Shown one piece after another: positions 41,050 to 56,195 of a stretch of 64,000 nt of DNA (the stretch's first letter is position 1; each line of letters begins with the position of its first letter). Location of the stretch: positions 6,944,001 to 7,008,000 of the forward strand of contig OZ024762.1 in the NCBI GenBank assembly GCA_964016885.1, given 5' to 3'. The position numbers and the translations under genes were made by a program. The notes beneath the pieces were generated by a model. That model searched no databases. It was not told where the DNA came from and saw nothing but the letters and a program-made list of their open reading frames with translations. Origin of the DNA: Eledone cirrhosa (Eukaryota).

Positions 41050-41925
41050 CTCTCTTTTCCATCATATTGTCTCTCTTCCTCTCTCTCGTCCATCATGTTG
41101 TCTCTGGCTCTCTCTCTCTCGTCCATCATATTGTCTCTCTTCCTCTCTCTCGTCCATCATATTGTCTCTCTTCCTCTCTCTCGTCCATCATATTGTCTCT
41201 CTTCCTCTCTCTCGTCCATCATATTATCTCTGGCTTTCTCTCTCCCTTCCATCATGTTGTCTCTGGCTTTCTCTCTCCCTTCCATCATGTTGTCTCTCTT
41301 CCTCTCTCTCGTCCATCATATTGTCTCTCTTTCTCTCTCCCTTCCATCATGTTGTCTCTGGCTTTCTCTCTCCCTTCCTTCATATTGTCTCTCTTCCTCT
41401 CTCCCTTCCTTCATGTTGTCTCTGGCTTTCTCTCTCCCTTCCTTCATATTGTCTCTCTTTCTCTCTCCCTTCCATCATGTTGTCTCTGGCTTTCTCTCTC
41501 CCTTCCTTCATATTGTCTCTATTTCTCTCTCCCTTCCTTCATGTTGTCTCTGGCTTTCTCTCTCCCTTCCATCATGTTGTCTCTCTTCCTCTCTCTCGTC
41601 CATCATATTATCTCTGGCTTTCTCTCTCCCTTCCATCATGTTGTCTCTCTTCCTCTCTCTCGTCCATCATATTATCTCTGGCTTTCTCTCTCCCTTCCAT
41701 CATGTTGTCTCTCTTCCTCTCTCTCGTCCATCATATTATCTCTGGCTTTCTCTCTCCCTTCCATCATGTTGTCTCTGGCTTTCTCTCTCCCTTCCATCAT
41801 GTTGTCTCTCTTCCTCTCTCTCGTCCATCATATTATCTCTGGCTTTCTCTCTCCCTTCCATCATGTTGTTTCTGGCTTTCTCTCTCCCTTCCTTCATGTT
41901 GTTTCTGGCTTTCTCTCTCTCTCTC
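41050..41925. repeat. ~30-bp pyrimidine-rich minisatellite
   Basis: TCCATCATGTTGTCTCTGGCTTTCTCTCTCCCT-type variants. Confidence 0.92.
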
Positions 41926-42084
41926 TTTACGTCATATTATCTCTGCTCTCTTCTTGTCTTTATCAAATTTCGCGCCTTCCCCCTTCTCTCTCTCTCTCCA
42001 GATTACCACCCACTAGTTAAATCCCACCAGCGTAATAAATAACATTGCTATGTCCTCCCGCTTCATTAACTAACAAACACACAA

Positions 42085-42125
<41 letters not shown>

Positions 42126-42269
42126 CACACCTACACACGCACACACAATTTATCCGATTATTCGTAGAAACTCTTTTTTTTCTCTTTCCAATCGATCTTG
42201 CAGTGACTGACCACTACCCACCGACCAAATGCAAACATATTCTATTTAAATAGATATACCGACTTCCTA

Positions 42270-42392
42270 CGCATATATATATAGATGCACAATATATTAT
42301 ATATATATACATCATTACATATGTATATGTATATATATATATATGTAGATATATATAGATATATATTATATATATATAATATATATATATTA

Positions 42393-42457
<65 letters not shown>

Positions 42458-42497
42458 TTAATATATATATATATATATATATAATATATATATATAT

Positions 42498-42544
<47 letters not shown>

Positions 42545-42637
42545 GATATATATATATATATATTATATATAGTATATATATTATATATATAGTATATATA
42601 TTATATATATATATATATTATATATATATATATATAT

Positions 42638-42668
<31 letters not shown>

Positions 42669-42809
42669 ATATATAGTATATATATATATTATATATATAT
42701 TATATATAGTATATATATTATATATATATATATAGTATATATATTATATATATATTATATATATATATATTATATATATATATTATATATATATTAAATA
42801 TATATATAT

Positions 42810-42871
<62 letters not shown>

Positions 42872-43175
42872 ATATATTATATAATATATTATATATATAT
42901 ATATTATATAATATATATTATATAATATATTATATATATATATATTATATAATATATTATATATATATATATATTATATAATATATTATATATATATATT
43001 ATATAATATATTATATATATTATATATATATATATATATATTATATATATTATATATATATATTATATATATTATATATATATATTATATATATTATATA
43101 TATATATTATATATATTATATATTATATATATTATATATATAATATATAAATATATATTATATATATAATATATA
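42270..43175. repeat. AT-only microsatellite
   Basis: Directly visible. Similar tracts at 47885-48846 and 61400-62030. Confidence 0.95.
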
Positions 43176-43402
43176 AATACATGGAAAGTTATATTTAAAT
43201 TGTTGGGTTACAACGAGTAAATATTTATAACTGATATAAAAGCACTCAACAAGTATTTGGAGTATTTTTCTTCGTTTTTCTTTCTTTCTTTCTTTCTTTT
43301 TACAACTGTCCATAATATTTTTACTGCCAAATCAACTTTTCAAATGCAAGTCGATGTTGAAAGGTATGTCGAATCTATTTATTTATAAGACTGTCTATAT
43401 TG

Positions 43403-43468
43403 TATTTTGTCTGAAGAAGGCATAACATATTGTTAATATGATATCCCTGAAATATATATAATGAAATA
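43403..43468 (+). ncRNA. Minimal type I hammerhead ribozyme
   Basis: TATTTTGT-CTGAAGA-AGGCATAACATATT..AATATGATATCCCT-GAAA-T-ATAT-A-TA-ATGAAATA, within PLE terminus ~43178-43511. Confidence 0.72.
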
Positions 43469-43593
43469 AATATGGTTTTATAAATATAATTTCCATTTAT
43501 TTAATATCGTAATATATAAATATATATTATATATATTATAATATATATTATATATATTATAATAATTATATATATTATATAATATAATATATA

Positions 43594-43793
43594 NNNNNNN
43601 NNNNNNNNNNNNNNNNNNNNNNNNNNNNNNNNNNNNNNNNNNNNNNNNNNNNNNNNNNNNNNNNNNNNNNNNNNNNNNNNNNNNNNNNNNNNNNNNNNNN
43701 NNNNNNNNNNNNNNNNNNNNNNNNNNNNNNNNNNNNNNNNNNNNNNNNNNNNNNNNNNNNNNNNNNNNNNNNNNNNNNNNNNNNNNNNNNNNN
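43594..43793. other. Assembly gap (200 N)
   Basis: Run of N. Contiguity across it is not guaranteed. Confidence 0.99.
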
Positions 43794-44787
43794 ACACCGC
43801 GCACAACACACGACCCACACTGCGCACAACACACGACCCACACCGCCCACAACACACGACCCGCACCGCCCACAACACACGACCCACACCGCCCACAACA
43901 CACGACCCCACACTGCCCACAACACACGACCCGCACCGCCCACACACACGACCCACACCGCCCACAACACACGACCCACACCGCCCACAACACACGACCC
44001 ACACCGCCCACAACACACGACCCACACCGCCCACAACACACGACCCACACCGCCCACAACACACGACCCACACCGCCCACAACACACGACCCACACCGCC
44101 CACAACACACGACCCGCACCGCCCACAACACACGACCCACACCGCCCACAACACACGACCCACACCGCCCACAACACACGACCCACACCGCCCACAACAC
44201 ACGACCCACACCGCGCACAACACACGACCCACACCGCCCACAACACACGACCCGCACCGCCCACAACACACGACCCGCACCGCCCACAACACACGACCCG
44301 CGCAGCCCACAACACACGACCCACACCGCCCACAACACACGACCCGCGCAGCCCACAACACACGACCCACACCGCCCACAACACACGACCCATACCGCCC
44401 ACAACACACGACCCGCGCAGCCCACAACACACGACCCACACCGCCCACAACACACGACCCGCGCAGCCCACAACGCACGACCCGCACAGCCCACAACACA
44501 CGACCCGCACAGTTCACAACACACACATCCCACAGCACACACCTCCCACAACACACAGCACACACAGCCCACAACACATATCCCACAACTCCCACAACAC
44601 GCACAACACACAACACACACAACACACACCACACACATCCCATAATACACACAGCCCACATCCCACAACACACACCGCACACAACACACAACACACAACA
44701 CACACATCCCACAGCCCACACATCCCACAACACACAGCCCACATCCCACAACACACATCCCACATCTCACAGCCCACAACACCCACA
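43794..44787. repeat. 22-bp C/A-rich minisatellite, degenerating distally
   Basis: (ACACCGCCCACAACACACGACCC)-type units. Confidence 0.92.
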
Positions 44788-45921
44788 TAATATACAAGTA
44801 ATGATCCTTGACATTGAAAAACAAGACAACAACAACACCACCAACAAAAACAAAAACAAAAACAAAAACTAACAAAGAAAAAGCTTGAGAAACTGTTTGA
44901 GAAAAAGATTTCTGGAAACCCCTTAAAACAGACGACCGGAAATGACAGCCGAAAATTGTTAACTTCCTTCCTGGTTATATTCCAATATGGGTCGACCACA
45001 TCGTTGACAACCTAGTTTGTCATTTACTTTCCTCCTCAGTTGACTGTTTACAAATTTATTGGGGATATAGACCTTGTATTCCATCACCAACAACACTACT
45101 ACTACTACCACTGCCAATACCACCACCACTACTACCATCATCACCACCACCACCACCACTACCATCACCACTACTACTACTACCACTGCCAACACCACCA
45201 CCACCACCACCACCACCACTACCATCACCACCACCACTACTACCATCACCACTACTACTACTACCACTGCCAACACCACCACCACTACTACCATCACCAC
45301 CACTACTCCTACCACTGTCAACACCACCACCACCACCACTACTACCATCACCACCACCACTACTACCATCATCACTACTACTACTACCACTGCCAACACC
45401 ACCACCACTACTACCATCACCACCACTACTCCTACCACTGTCAACACCACCACCACTACTACCATCATCACCACCACCACTACTACCACTGCCAACACCA
45501 CCACCACTACTACCATCACCACCACCACCACTACTACTACTGCCAACACCACCACCACCACCACCATCCACTACTACCACTGCCAACACCACCACCACTA
45601 CTACCACCATTATCACTACCACCACCACCATCCATCCACTACTACCACTGCCAACACCAACAATACTACGACGACGACCACCACCATCATCAACACTACT
45701 ACCACCATCACCACCATTGCCAACACCAACAACAACACCTACACTACCACCACCACCACCACCACCACCACTGGTGTGACAAGGCTGGCCATTTGAATCA
45801 CAAGTACAGTCAATCTTGTATAGTGAATGTGACTGAGTATTCCACAGGCACGTGCACCTTTAACGTAGTTCTCAGGGAGATTCAATGACGCAGTATGTCA
45901 CATGGTCGGCTTTTTAAAATA

Positions 45922-46027
45922 CACTGGAACATCGCTTCACGAACTTAATTCGTTCCTGAAGGCCGTTCGTCAGCCGAAATGTTCGTAAACCAAAACTATT
46001 TCCCCCATACGAAATGTTGAGAGAAGT

Positions 46028-46076
<49 letters not shown>

Positions 46077-46235
46077 GTGTGAAAGACAGATAGATATCAC
46101 CATAGTAACTAACTACACAGCAAGTGACACTTTCCCGCCAATACTGCCAGCTTGCATGTTTGTTACTCGAGACATCGTTCGTCAACCAAGACGTTTTATG
46201 TTCGGAAAAATTGTCCGTGAACCGAGGATGCGCTG
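45922..46235. mobile_element. Degenerate copy of the 37619 MITE
   Basis: CACTGGAACATCGCTTCACGAAC...CGTGAACCGAGGATGCGCTG, with a collinear interior and a (GA)n expansion. Confidence 0.75.
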
Positions 46236-46433
46236 CACATGTAGAACGCGAAATTAAGTGTCGTACGAAAGGGCACAAGGCCCCACTGGATATCGAACTG
46301 ACAAGACCCCAGCCGAAGGGTGGTATTTCTGCTACTACTCTACATATAAGAACATGCCTAAGTGACTTCTGATTTCTGCATCCATTTTGTTTGGTTAAAT
46401 GACTTTATTTTCTATGACAACTGTATGGTTAAG

Positions 46434-46985
46434 AAGTTCACGGTTGTGAGCCGAGCACTCTATCCACTGATACACCTGAGTGGTAGGTTCACGGTTGTGA
46501 GCCGAGCACTCTATCCACTGATACACCTGAGTGGTAGGTTCACGGTTGTGAGCCGAGCACTCTAACCACTGAGCCACCTCAGTAGTAAGTTCACGGTTGT
46601 GAGCCGAGCACTCTAACCACTGAGCCACCTCAGTAGTAAGTTCACGGCTGTGAGCCGAGCACTCTAACCACTGAGCCATGCGAGTTAAGAAGTTCACAAT
46701 CATGAGCCGAGCACTCTAACCACTGAGCCACCTCAGTAGTAAGTTCACGGTTGTGAGCCGAGCACTCCAACCACTGATCCACCTCAGTAGTAAGTTCACG
46801 GTTGTGAGCCGAGCACTCTAACCACTGAGCCACCTCAGTAGTAAGTCCACGGCTGTGAGCCGAGCACTCTAACCACTGAGCCACCTCAGTAGTAAGTTCA
46901 CGGCTGTGAGCCGAGCACTCTAACCACTGAGCCATGCGAGTTAAGAAGTTCACAATCATGAGCCGAACAATCTAACGACTGAGTC
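46434..46985 (-). repeat. 51-bp tandem repeat derived from a tRNA-SINE 5' half (~10 units)
   Basis: Minus unit GGTGGCTCAGTGGTTAGAGTGCTCGGCTCACAACCGTGAAC contains a Pol III A box. Confidence 0.85.
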
Positions 46986-47063
46986 ACACGACCTAGTATA
47001 GCAGTGATTAGTAATTTGTTGCATTAAATATATATATATATTTAATGCAACAAATTACTAATC

Positions 47064-47094
<31 letters not shown>

Positions 47095-47310
47095 AGTATC
47101 TATTTATAGTGCATTTATGTTTTCATCTCCATTACATTGTTATTATATATATAGTTAGGCACTTCTAGCGTTCATTTCTGTTGCTATTTAACCTATATTG
47201 TAACACGGAGGTGTGCAAATATTCAGTGCACCTGCATGCTATTAATTGCATTTTTCTCATGTCTGATCCTCCCTCACTCCCTCTCTCTTTTCTACCCACA
47301 CCTCTCTCTC

Positions 47311-47916
<606 letters not shown>

Positions 47917-47997
47917 AATATATATATATATGGGAGTAAGTAAGACCCCGACGGCTGAGCTCAAGCCGTTTCGACGGCTAATATATATATATATATC

Positions 47998-48028
<31 letters not shown>

Positions 48029-48052
48029 CATATATATATATATATATATATG

Positions 48053-48089
<37 letters not shown>

Positions 48090-48243
48090 ATATAATATAT
48101 ATATATATATATAATATATATATATTATATATATATATATTATATATATAATATATATATATATATCATATATATATAATATATATATATTATATATATA
48201 TATATATATAATATATATATTATATATATATATATATATAATA

Positions 48244-48294
<51 letters not shown>

Positions 48295-48706
48295 GATATA
48301 TATATATATATATATATATATGATATATATATATATATATATGATATATATTATATATATATGATATATATATATATATGATATATATATATTATATATA
48401 TATGATATATATTATATATATATATAGATATATATATATATATATGATATATATATATAATATATTATATATAATATATATATATGATATATATATATTA
48501 TATATAATATATATATATTATATATTATATATAATATTATATATATATATATAATATATATATATGATATATATATATGATATATATATATATATGATAT
48601 ATATATATATATATGATATATATATATATATGATATATATATATATATATATTATATATAATATATATATATTATATATTATATATAATATATATATATT
48701 ATATAT

Positions 48707-48752
<46 letters not shown>

Positions 48753-48802
48753 TATATATGATATATATATATATATGATATATATATATATATGATATAT
48801 AT

Positions 48803-48850
<48 letters not shown>

Positions 48851-49914
48851 ATATCTGCATTGCTTTATTGTACTACAATAAAACTCACCTCCTACATTAT
48901 ATATATATATATATATATAGAGAGATAGAGAGAGAGAGAGAGGGGGGGGGTATATACATATGTTTCGTTTCGGCTTCGTAAGAAAAAAATATACATTTTT
49001 CTGTTTTTATCTACATATTTTTGTTGTTGTTGATGATGATGATGTTTCTTTTCGCCAACTCACTTTTATTCTCTCCCAATGTCAGTTTTTTACTTGCTTC
49101 ACACATTTTCTTTCTCTTGGCTTTATTTTCTGTCTTTCTTTTACCTTATTTCTTTTGTTACCAATGAAAGTGATGTATTTCTGTAGTGGTGGGTGGTGGG
49201 GGCTCGTATGTATAACATTCATTCACTTTACATCATTTTTTATGGTCCATTATTATTATCATTCTTGTTGTTGTTGTTATTATTGCTGTTGTTGTTGTTG
49301 TTTTATTCTATCTTACTTGCTATTCATGAAATGAAGAGAGAGAGGTGGGGGTAGAGAGAGAGAGACCTCGGCTCTCAGTTTTTTAATACAATTATGGACG
49401 ACAGACGATAAATTGTTTGCCGGACAATGTAAAGTGTAAACATTTAACCGTTCTTATTCCTGACAACCTCTCTTCTTTCTAGGAGACTAAAGCTGTTTAT
49501 TTAAAAGTGTTTATCTAAAAACTTCCCAGCATAACTCTATGCAAGAAAGTTTGTTAAGTTATGCCCCTAAATTATAGGCAACTTTCACTAAAAATAAAGT
49601 AACGAAAAGACATGTATTTATCTAAAAATCTTTCCATCATAATTTTACATAAGAACCTTTGTTAAGTTATGTGCCAAAGTTATGTGCTTAGTAATGAGAA
49701 CATTAGTTATATCACCAAATCTCCTCAAATTCTTGAATATTTTCAAAATAATTTGAAAACCATAGACAATGTCCTTCATTAGAATAGGTTTAAAGTGTTT
49801 ATATTTATCTAAAAACCTTCCATCATAATTTTATATAAGGACCTTTGTTAAGTTATGTTCCAAACACCAGCTTAATGAAAATGTTAGTTATAAATCACTT
49901 CAAATTATTTGAAA

Positions 49915-50150
49915 ACTATACGCAGTGTCTTTCATTAGAAATATGGTAATGAAAAGTTTAAACATAGGCAGTGTCTTTCATTAGAAATATGGTAATAAAA
50001 GGGTTAATGACATAGGAAGTGTCTTTCATTAGAAATATGGTAATGAAAGGGTTAATGACATAGGCAGTGTCTTTCATTAGAAATATGGTAATGAAAGGGT
50101 TAATGACATAGGCAGTGTCTTTCATTAGAAATATGGTAATGAAAGGGTTA
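49915..50150. repeat. 48-bp tandem repeat x~5
   Basis: CATAGGCAGTGTCTTTCATTAGAAATATGGTAATGAAAGGGTTAATGA. Confidence 0.9.
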
Positions 50151-50409
50151 ATTACATCTTTTTACACTATGAGTTTGAATCCCACCGATATCTACTTTGT
50201 TTTCCATCCTTTCTGATTAAGAAGATTAAATTGTAATCATTAGGTTTCGAGTTCGATCCTTCTGCTTGGCGTCTACGATCTTTTCATTGCTGATACTATC
50301 TACTGGTCGCAACTCCTGGCAACACTCACACCCATACACACACACATATATATATATACTACTAATAATAAAAAGGACGAGGTGCTAGATCTTCATTACA
50401 TTTATTGAG

Positions 50410-50496
50410 GTGTGACGCGCGTTTCGCGATTGATCAGCTCAAGGCTTGATTTGTATCGATCTGGCCCAACTCTGGAATCAAGAGCTCGTCGGACTA
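50410..50496 (-). ncRNA. Hammerhead-like motif, variant CCG core, long stem II
   Basis: Minus GT-CCGACGA-GCTCTTGAT...ATCAATCGC-GAAA-C-GCGC-G-TC-ACAC. Enclosed by imperfect inverted arms ~50356-50393 and ~50511-50548. Confidence 0.6.
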
Positions 50497-50550
50497 CTGT
50501 TCTGGTATATAAGATCTAGCACTTCGTGCATTTCATTATTAGTAGTATTA

Positions 50551-50662
50551 CTTCAAATCCCGCTAAGGTTAGCTTTGCCTTTCATCCTTACGGGGTCGAT
50601 AAAATAAAGTACTAGTAATGCACTGGGTAATTGCTGGCCTTGTGCCAAAAGTAGAAACAATT
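50551..50662 (+). mobile_element. tRNA-SINE 3' fragment
   Basis: Conserved core and tail. Confidence 0.72.
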
Positions 50663-50784
50663 ATTAGTAGTATTACTACTTAGTACAACACCAATATACC
50701 TACTGGAAACTACACATTGTGGTCTCACTTTGGTGAACCTACAGTAACTGGACGTTACAATCCCTAAACTGTATATATATATAA

Positions 50785-50996
50785 TAACCGAAACTTTTTT
50801 AATGTCTCCAAAGGCCCCAATATCGATTTTTGAAAGCCTTTGTAGATCATGTACAAGTTTTGTGCAAGGAGAAGCTCTGTAAAAAATTTCAAAGAAATCG
50901 CATGAATGGTTTAGAATATGAGCCCTCATTAAAAATTGTCCACACACATATATACACACACACACAGAAAACTTCATCTTTATATATATACAGATA
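50785..50996. mobile_element. Possible non-autonomous Helitron-like fragment
   Basis: AAATTTCA..AATCG..GGTTTAG..(CA)n..CTTTATATATATACAGAT layout resembles Lep1-like elements. Resemblance only. Confidence 0.35.
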
Positions 50997-51048
50997 TATA
51001 TAGAGAGAGATAGATAGATAGAGAGAAAGAAATGGGGGACTATGTGTA

Positions 51049-51103
<55 letters not shown>

Positions 51104-51225
51104 GGGGGGACTATGTGTATATTTATATATATATAGAGAGAGAGAGGGGGAGAGAAATTATTTAGTATGGAATTGTTTTTGTGAGGAACTTGACATTTTC
51201 AGGACTGGTTAACGTCTGTCTGAAC

Positions 51226-51620
51226 ACATCTTTAACTCTCAGCCCCCTCTCTCTCATCTTTAACTCCCCCCTCTCTCTCTCTATCCTCTTTAACTCTCCC
51301 CCCTCTCTCTCTTTCATCTTTAACTCTCAGCCCTCCTCTCTCTCTCATCTTTAACTCTCAGCCCCCTCTCTCTCTCTCATCTTTAACTCTCACCCACCCC
51401 CCTCTCTCTCTCTATCATCTTTAACAGTCACCCCCCCCTCTCTCTCTCTATCATCTTTAACACTCACCCCCTCTCTCTCTCTATCATCTTTAACACTCAC
51501 CCCCCCTCTCTCTCTCTCTCATCTTTAACTCTCACCCCCTCTCTCTCTCTCTCATCTTTAACTCTCATCCCTCTCTCTCATCTTTAACTCTCACCCCTCT
51601 CTCTCATCTTTAACTCTCAA
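51226..51620. repeat. ~30-35-bp minisatellite with variable C/CT run
   Basis: TCATCTTTAACTCTCA(C)n(CT)n. Confidence 0.88.
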
Positions 51621-52051
51621 CATCAACACCCCCTCTCTCTCTCTCTCTCTCATCAACCACCACATTCCCCTCTCTCTAACTCCCATCAGTCCCGTCAGGA
51701 CCTAATTGTCTCTTCGTTACTCCACCGAGTCAACGAGGAAAGATAATCTTTATGTGGTTGGCAGTAAGAACAGCTAGAAAGAATAGTCAGACCTTCCTCA
51801 AATCACACTTTAAGAGATGAACACATACATACACACATTGAAAACACGCACACACACATTGGAAACACACACACACATTGGAAACACATACACACGTTGA
51901 AAACACACACACACACATTGGAAATACGCACACAGACATTGGAAACAAACACACACACATTGGAAACACACACACACACACACACACGCACATTGGAAAC
52001 ACACATACACACACGCACATTGGAAACACACACACAAACACTCACACACAC

Positions 52052-52094
<43 letters not shown>

Positions 52095-52663
52095 CACTCA
52101 CGCACACACACTCTCACACACACATATGTGTGTTTGTATATGTTCATAGGTATGAATGTGTGTCTATTTACGTAAATGTGCCCGTTATACGGTTTTTTCT
52201 TTTTCTTTTCAAGATGTTCATGGATTTATATTATATTTTCGAGTATCACTTTATATTTTCTACTAACTCCTCAACTTGTAAGAAGAATCCACGATTATGA
52301 CAGCCTTTCTCGTCAAGTCTATAGAGTACCATCTTAATAAATAGCAAGAAACACAAATGAGTGAAAGACACGCCATTACGCTGTCGTCTGCTTAGGATCT
52401 TTCTCTCAGTAAACAGATGTTAATGGCTGCACTACTTCAATATGTCGTCGCCATCTTTAAAATATTGTTTTCCTCTTGCTACAAGTTATTTAACAATCAT
52501 AAAAATGTTTAATTTTTTTCTCTTTCATTACTGAGTGATTAATAAACAAGGTTTAAGTATACTGAAAGAAGTTGTCCAAGTCAAGCACTAGACACACGAA
52601 CGGCGGAAGACTGGTCGCTTCATTTTGTAAATCTCATTTAGTTTAAATTAATGCGTGTGTATG

Positions 52664-52708
<45 letters not shown>

Positions 52709-52769
52709 GAAAGATCTAGTTTCACTCAGTGGAAATATTCATACATACATATACCTATGTGTGTGTGTG

Positions 52770-52824
<55 letters not shown>

Positions 52825-52831
52825 ATGTGAA

Positions 52832-53370
52832 AGACGACGACTTGGCAGCCGTTAGAACCTCAGATAGAATGCCTTGCGGTATTCGTTCCGGCTCTCTGAG
52901 TTCAAATCCCATCGAGGTCAACTTATATAGAGCAGATTTCTCCCAGAGAAGGAGAGTCAGAGATTGGAAGTGAGAAAGAGATATAGAGGAAGAATCGACC
53001 CCAGTACTAAACTGGTACTTTTTTTTTACCTTAAATGGATGGAAGACAAAGTTGACCTCGGCGGGATTTGAACTCAGAGAGCAGAGGGCCGAAACGAATA
53101 CCGCAAGGCATTCTATCTGAGGTTCTAACGACTCTGTCAAGTCACTGCCTACATATGTACCTACCTACTGGGGCGGATTGTCGTCAGGCAACATGCTTTA
53201 CGGTATAGGGTTACAGCCCTTTATGGTGTGAGTTCAAATACCTCCGAGTTTAGTTGAGCCTTTCATCCTTAGGGTGATGATAACATATAGTACCAGTAAT
53301 GCACTAGGATCGATTTAATCGACCTCACCGCCACCCCTTTCAAACGTTATTGACCTTGTGTCCGCATCAG
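52832..53370. mobile_element. Cluster of three tRNA-SINE copies (+, -, +)
   Basis: 52832-52923 (+ head), 52993-53150 (-) and 53170-53370 (+). Confidence 0.75.
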
Positions 53371-54487
53371 AACACGTTATTCGGACAAAATGCTTTACGG
53401 CATGTAGCTACGTCCCTGATGGTTGTGTTGGTGTTGGTAGTGTTGGTGGTGGTGTTGGTGGTGTTGGTGTTGGTGGTGTTGGTGGTGTTGTTGGTGTTGG
53501 TGTTGTTGGTGGTGTTGTTGGTGTTGGTGGTGGTGGTGTTGGTGGTGGTGTTGTTGGTGTTGATGGTGGTGGTGTTGGTGGTGGTGTTGTTGGTGTTGGT
53601 GGTGTTGGTGTTGTTGGTGGTGGTGTTGGTGTTGGTGTTGTTGCTGGTGGTGTTGTTGGTGTTGGTAGTGGTGTTGGTGTTGTCGTCGACTTAGTGGTGT
53701 TGTTGGTGGTGGTGTTGGTGTTGTTGCTGGTGGTGTTTGTGTTGGTGTTGTTGGTAGTGGTGTTGTTGTTGGTGTTGCCGTCGTCGACTTGGTGGTAGTA
53801 ATCGGGGAGTGGAGGGTGTTGTTTCACTTTTCGTATGAAAGTTGCTGAGAATCTGAAAATGCCACAATAAGGAAATGTCAAAGTGGGGGGAGCGGAGCGG
53901 GGTGGGGTGGGTAAAAAGACTGATGGGAAATATACTGTCGTCTGTCTCAACTTTGACAACAACAACAGTAGCAGTAACAACAGCTACATCTGTAACAACA
54001 GCAGCAGCAACAACAGTAGCAACAACAATAACATCAACAGTAGCAGTAACAACAAAAACAGCAGTAACAACAACGGCAACAACAGCAACAACAGTAACAA
54101 CAGCAACAACAGTAACAACAACAGTAACAACAGCAACAGTAACAACAACAACAGTAACAACAACAACAGTAACAACAGTAACAACAGTAACAACAACAAC
54201 AACGACAACAGCAACAACGACAACAGCAACAACGACAACAGCAACAGTAACAACAGTAACAACAATAACAGCAGCCAAACGATTCACTGAGCTAAATGAC
54301 GACAGTAACAACAGTTCTCCTTCCCTTTTACACCACTACCCCTCCTCCAGCCCTTCCCACATCACTCCCCACCACCCCTCCACTCCTCACCCCCACCTAA
54401 TATTTAACCGTTTCCTCTTCCTCCGGCGAATATCTTCGGATGGTCGTTCCTCTCTTCTCAACACTGTTCAGTGAATATAAAACCATT

Positions 54488-55013
54488 CCCAGCAACACGA
54501 CCATTGCCAGCAACACAGTCATTGCCAGCAACATAGCAATTGCCAGCAACACAGCCATTGCAAGCAATACTAGGCCAGCAACACGACCATTGCAAGTAAC
54601 ACGACCATTGCCAGTAACACGACCATTGCCAGTAACATTACAATTGCCAGAAACACGACCATTGCAAGCAGTACAATCATTGCAAGCAACACAGCCATTG
54701 CCAGCAACACAACCATTGCCAGTAACATAACCATTGTCAGCAATACGACCATAGCAAGCAACACGACCATTGCGAGCAACAAAGTTACTGCAAGCGACAC
54801 GACCATTGCGAACAACACTACAATTGCAAGCAACACGACCATTGTCAGCAACACGGTTATTGCAAGGAACACAGCCATTGCAAGCAACACGACCATAGCA
54901 AGAAACATGACAATTGCAGTCAGCACGACCATTGCAAGCAACACTGCCATTGCAAGCAACACTACAATTGCAAGGAACACAGCTATTGCAAGCAACACAG
55001 CCATTGCAAGCAA
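54488..55013. repeat. 18-bp minisatellite (~29 units)
   Basis: CATTGCAAGCAACACGAC variants. Confidence 0.92.
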
Positions 55014-55149
55014 CCCGAGAGAGTGGTAGAGGCGACGTCCTCAGACATACCTATGAATATGTCCTATTAGAAACAACCCTTTCTAAGTGAGGCGCCAAAA
55101 TCCTCAAGAGTGGTCGACCAAGATTATGGATGTTACCCAAATATTTTGC

Positions 55150-55412
55150 TCACGGTCTGCGCCTGGATCTCCAAGCGGCTGGTTTTCTAGGGTATCCCGT
55201 CATAAGCCACTGTCTCCAATCGATCCGGCTGGGTTACCAAGCGAAACCAATGAAGATCATAAATGTTATCCAACCATCTTACTCGTGGTCTACCGCTGAT
55301 TCTCTCCTGTCAGTTAGTTTTTCCTGTAAAATCTGCCCAGCGATTCTTTCCTTAGACATTCTAACTACATGACCGTAGAACCGAAGCTGTGATCTCTGGA
55401 TGCGGAGAAGCA
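55150..55412 (-). mobile_element. RTE-clade LINE ORF C-terminal fragment
   Basis: LRIQRSQLRFYGHVVRMSKERIAGQIL..GRPRVRWLDNI matches the RLRWxGHVxRM..GRPxxRW motif. Confidence 0.75.
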
Positions 55413-55652
55413 GACCCCTAAAGCTTTTATTCAGGCGTTTGAGAAACTCTTGGTTACAGAGGAGTATAGTATACAGCCCTGCTTAATATTTATTTTTCAA
55501 ATTCTAAACCTTTCCTTCCTCTCACTTAATACCCCCCTCTGATGTCTCCTAAAACAATCTTGTATTTGGCTCACAAGTATTTATTCCAATACAGAAAGCT
55601 AAAGACTCATTTATTTTGGAATTATATTTGTCACTTTGTAACTTTGTCACGT

Positions 55653-55695
<43 letters not shown>

Positions 55696-55774
55696 GTGTG
55701 TGTGTGTGCGTATGCATGTATATGTATATATGTGTGTATATATGTACGTATAGATACGTACGTGTGTGTGTGTG

Positions 55775-55809
<35 letters not shown>

Positions 55810-55880
55810 ATGTGTGTGTGTGTGTGCGTATGCATGTATATGTATATATATGTGTGTATATATGTACGTATAGATACGTA

Positions 55881-55944
<64 letters not shown>

Positions 55945-56068
55945 ATGTACACATACATATATATGTGGGCGATACTCAGAAAGAATGGAACCCTTGAGAA
56001 GTGACGTGTATAGGCATGTATGTTGAAAAGTTATCTGTGAAACACACACACACACACACACACACACG

Positions 56069-56195
<127 letters not shown>

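Noticed and set aside
54488-55013. In-frame 18-bp repeat as a repetitive protein
   Set aside because: No start or splice context, stops interrupt the plus-strand frames, and it behaves as a minisatellite.
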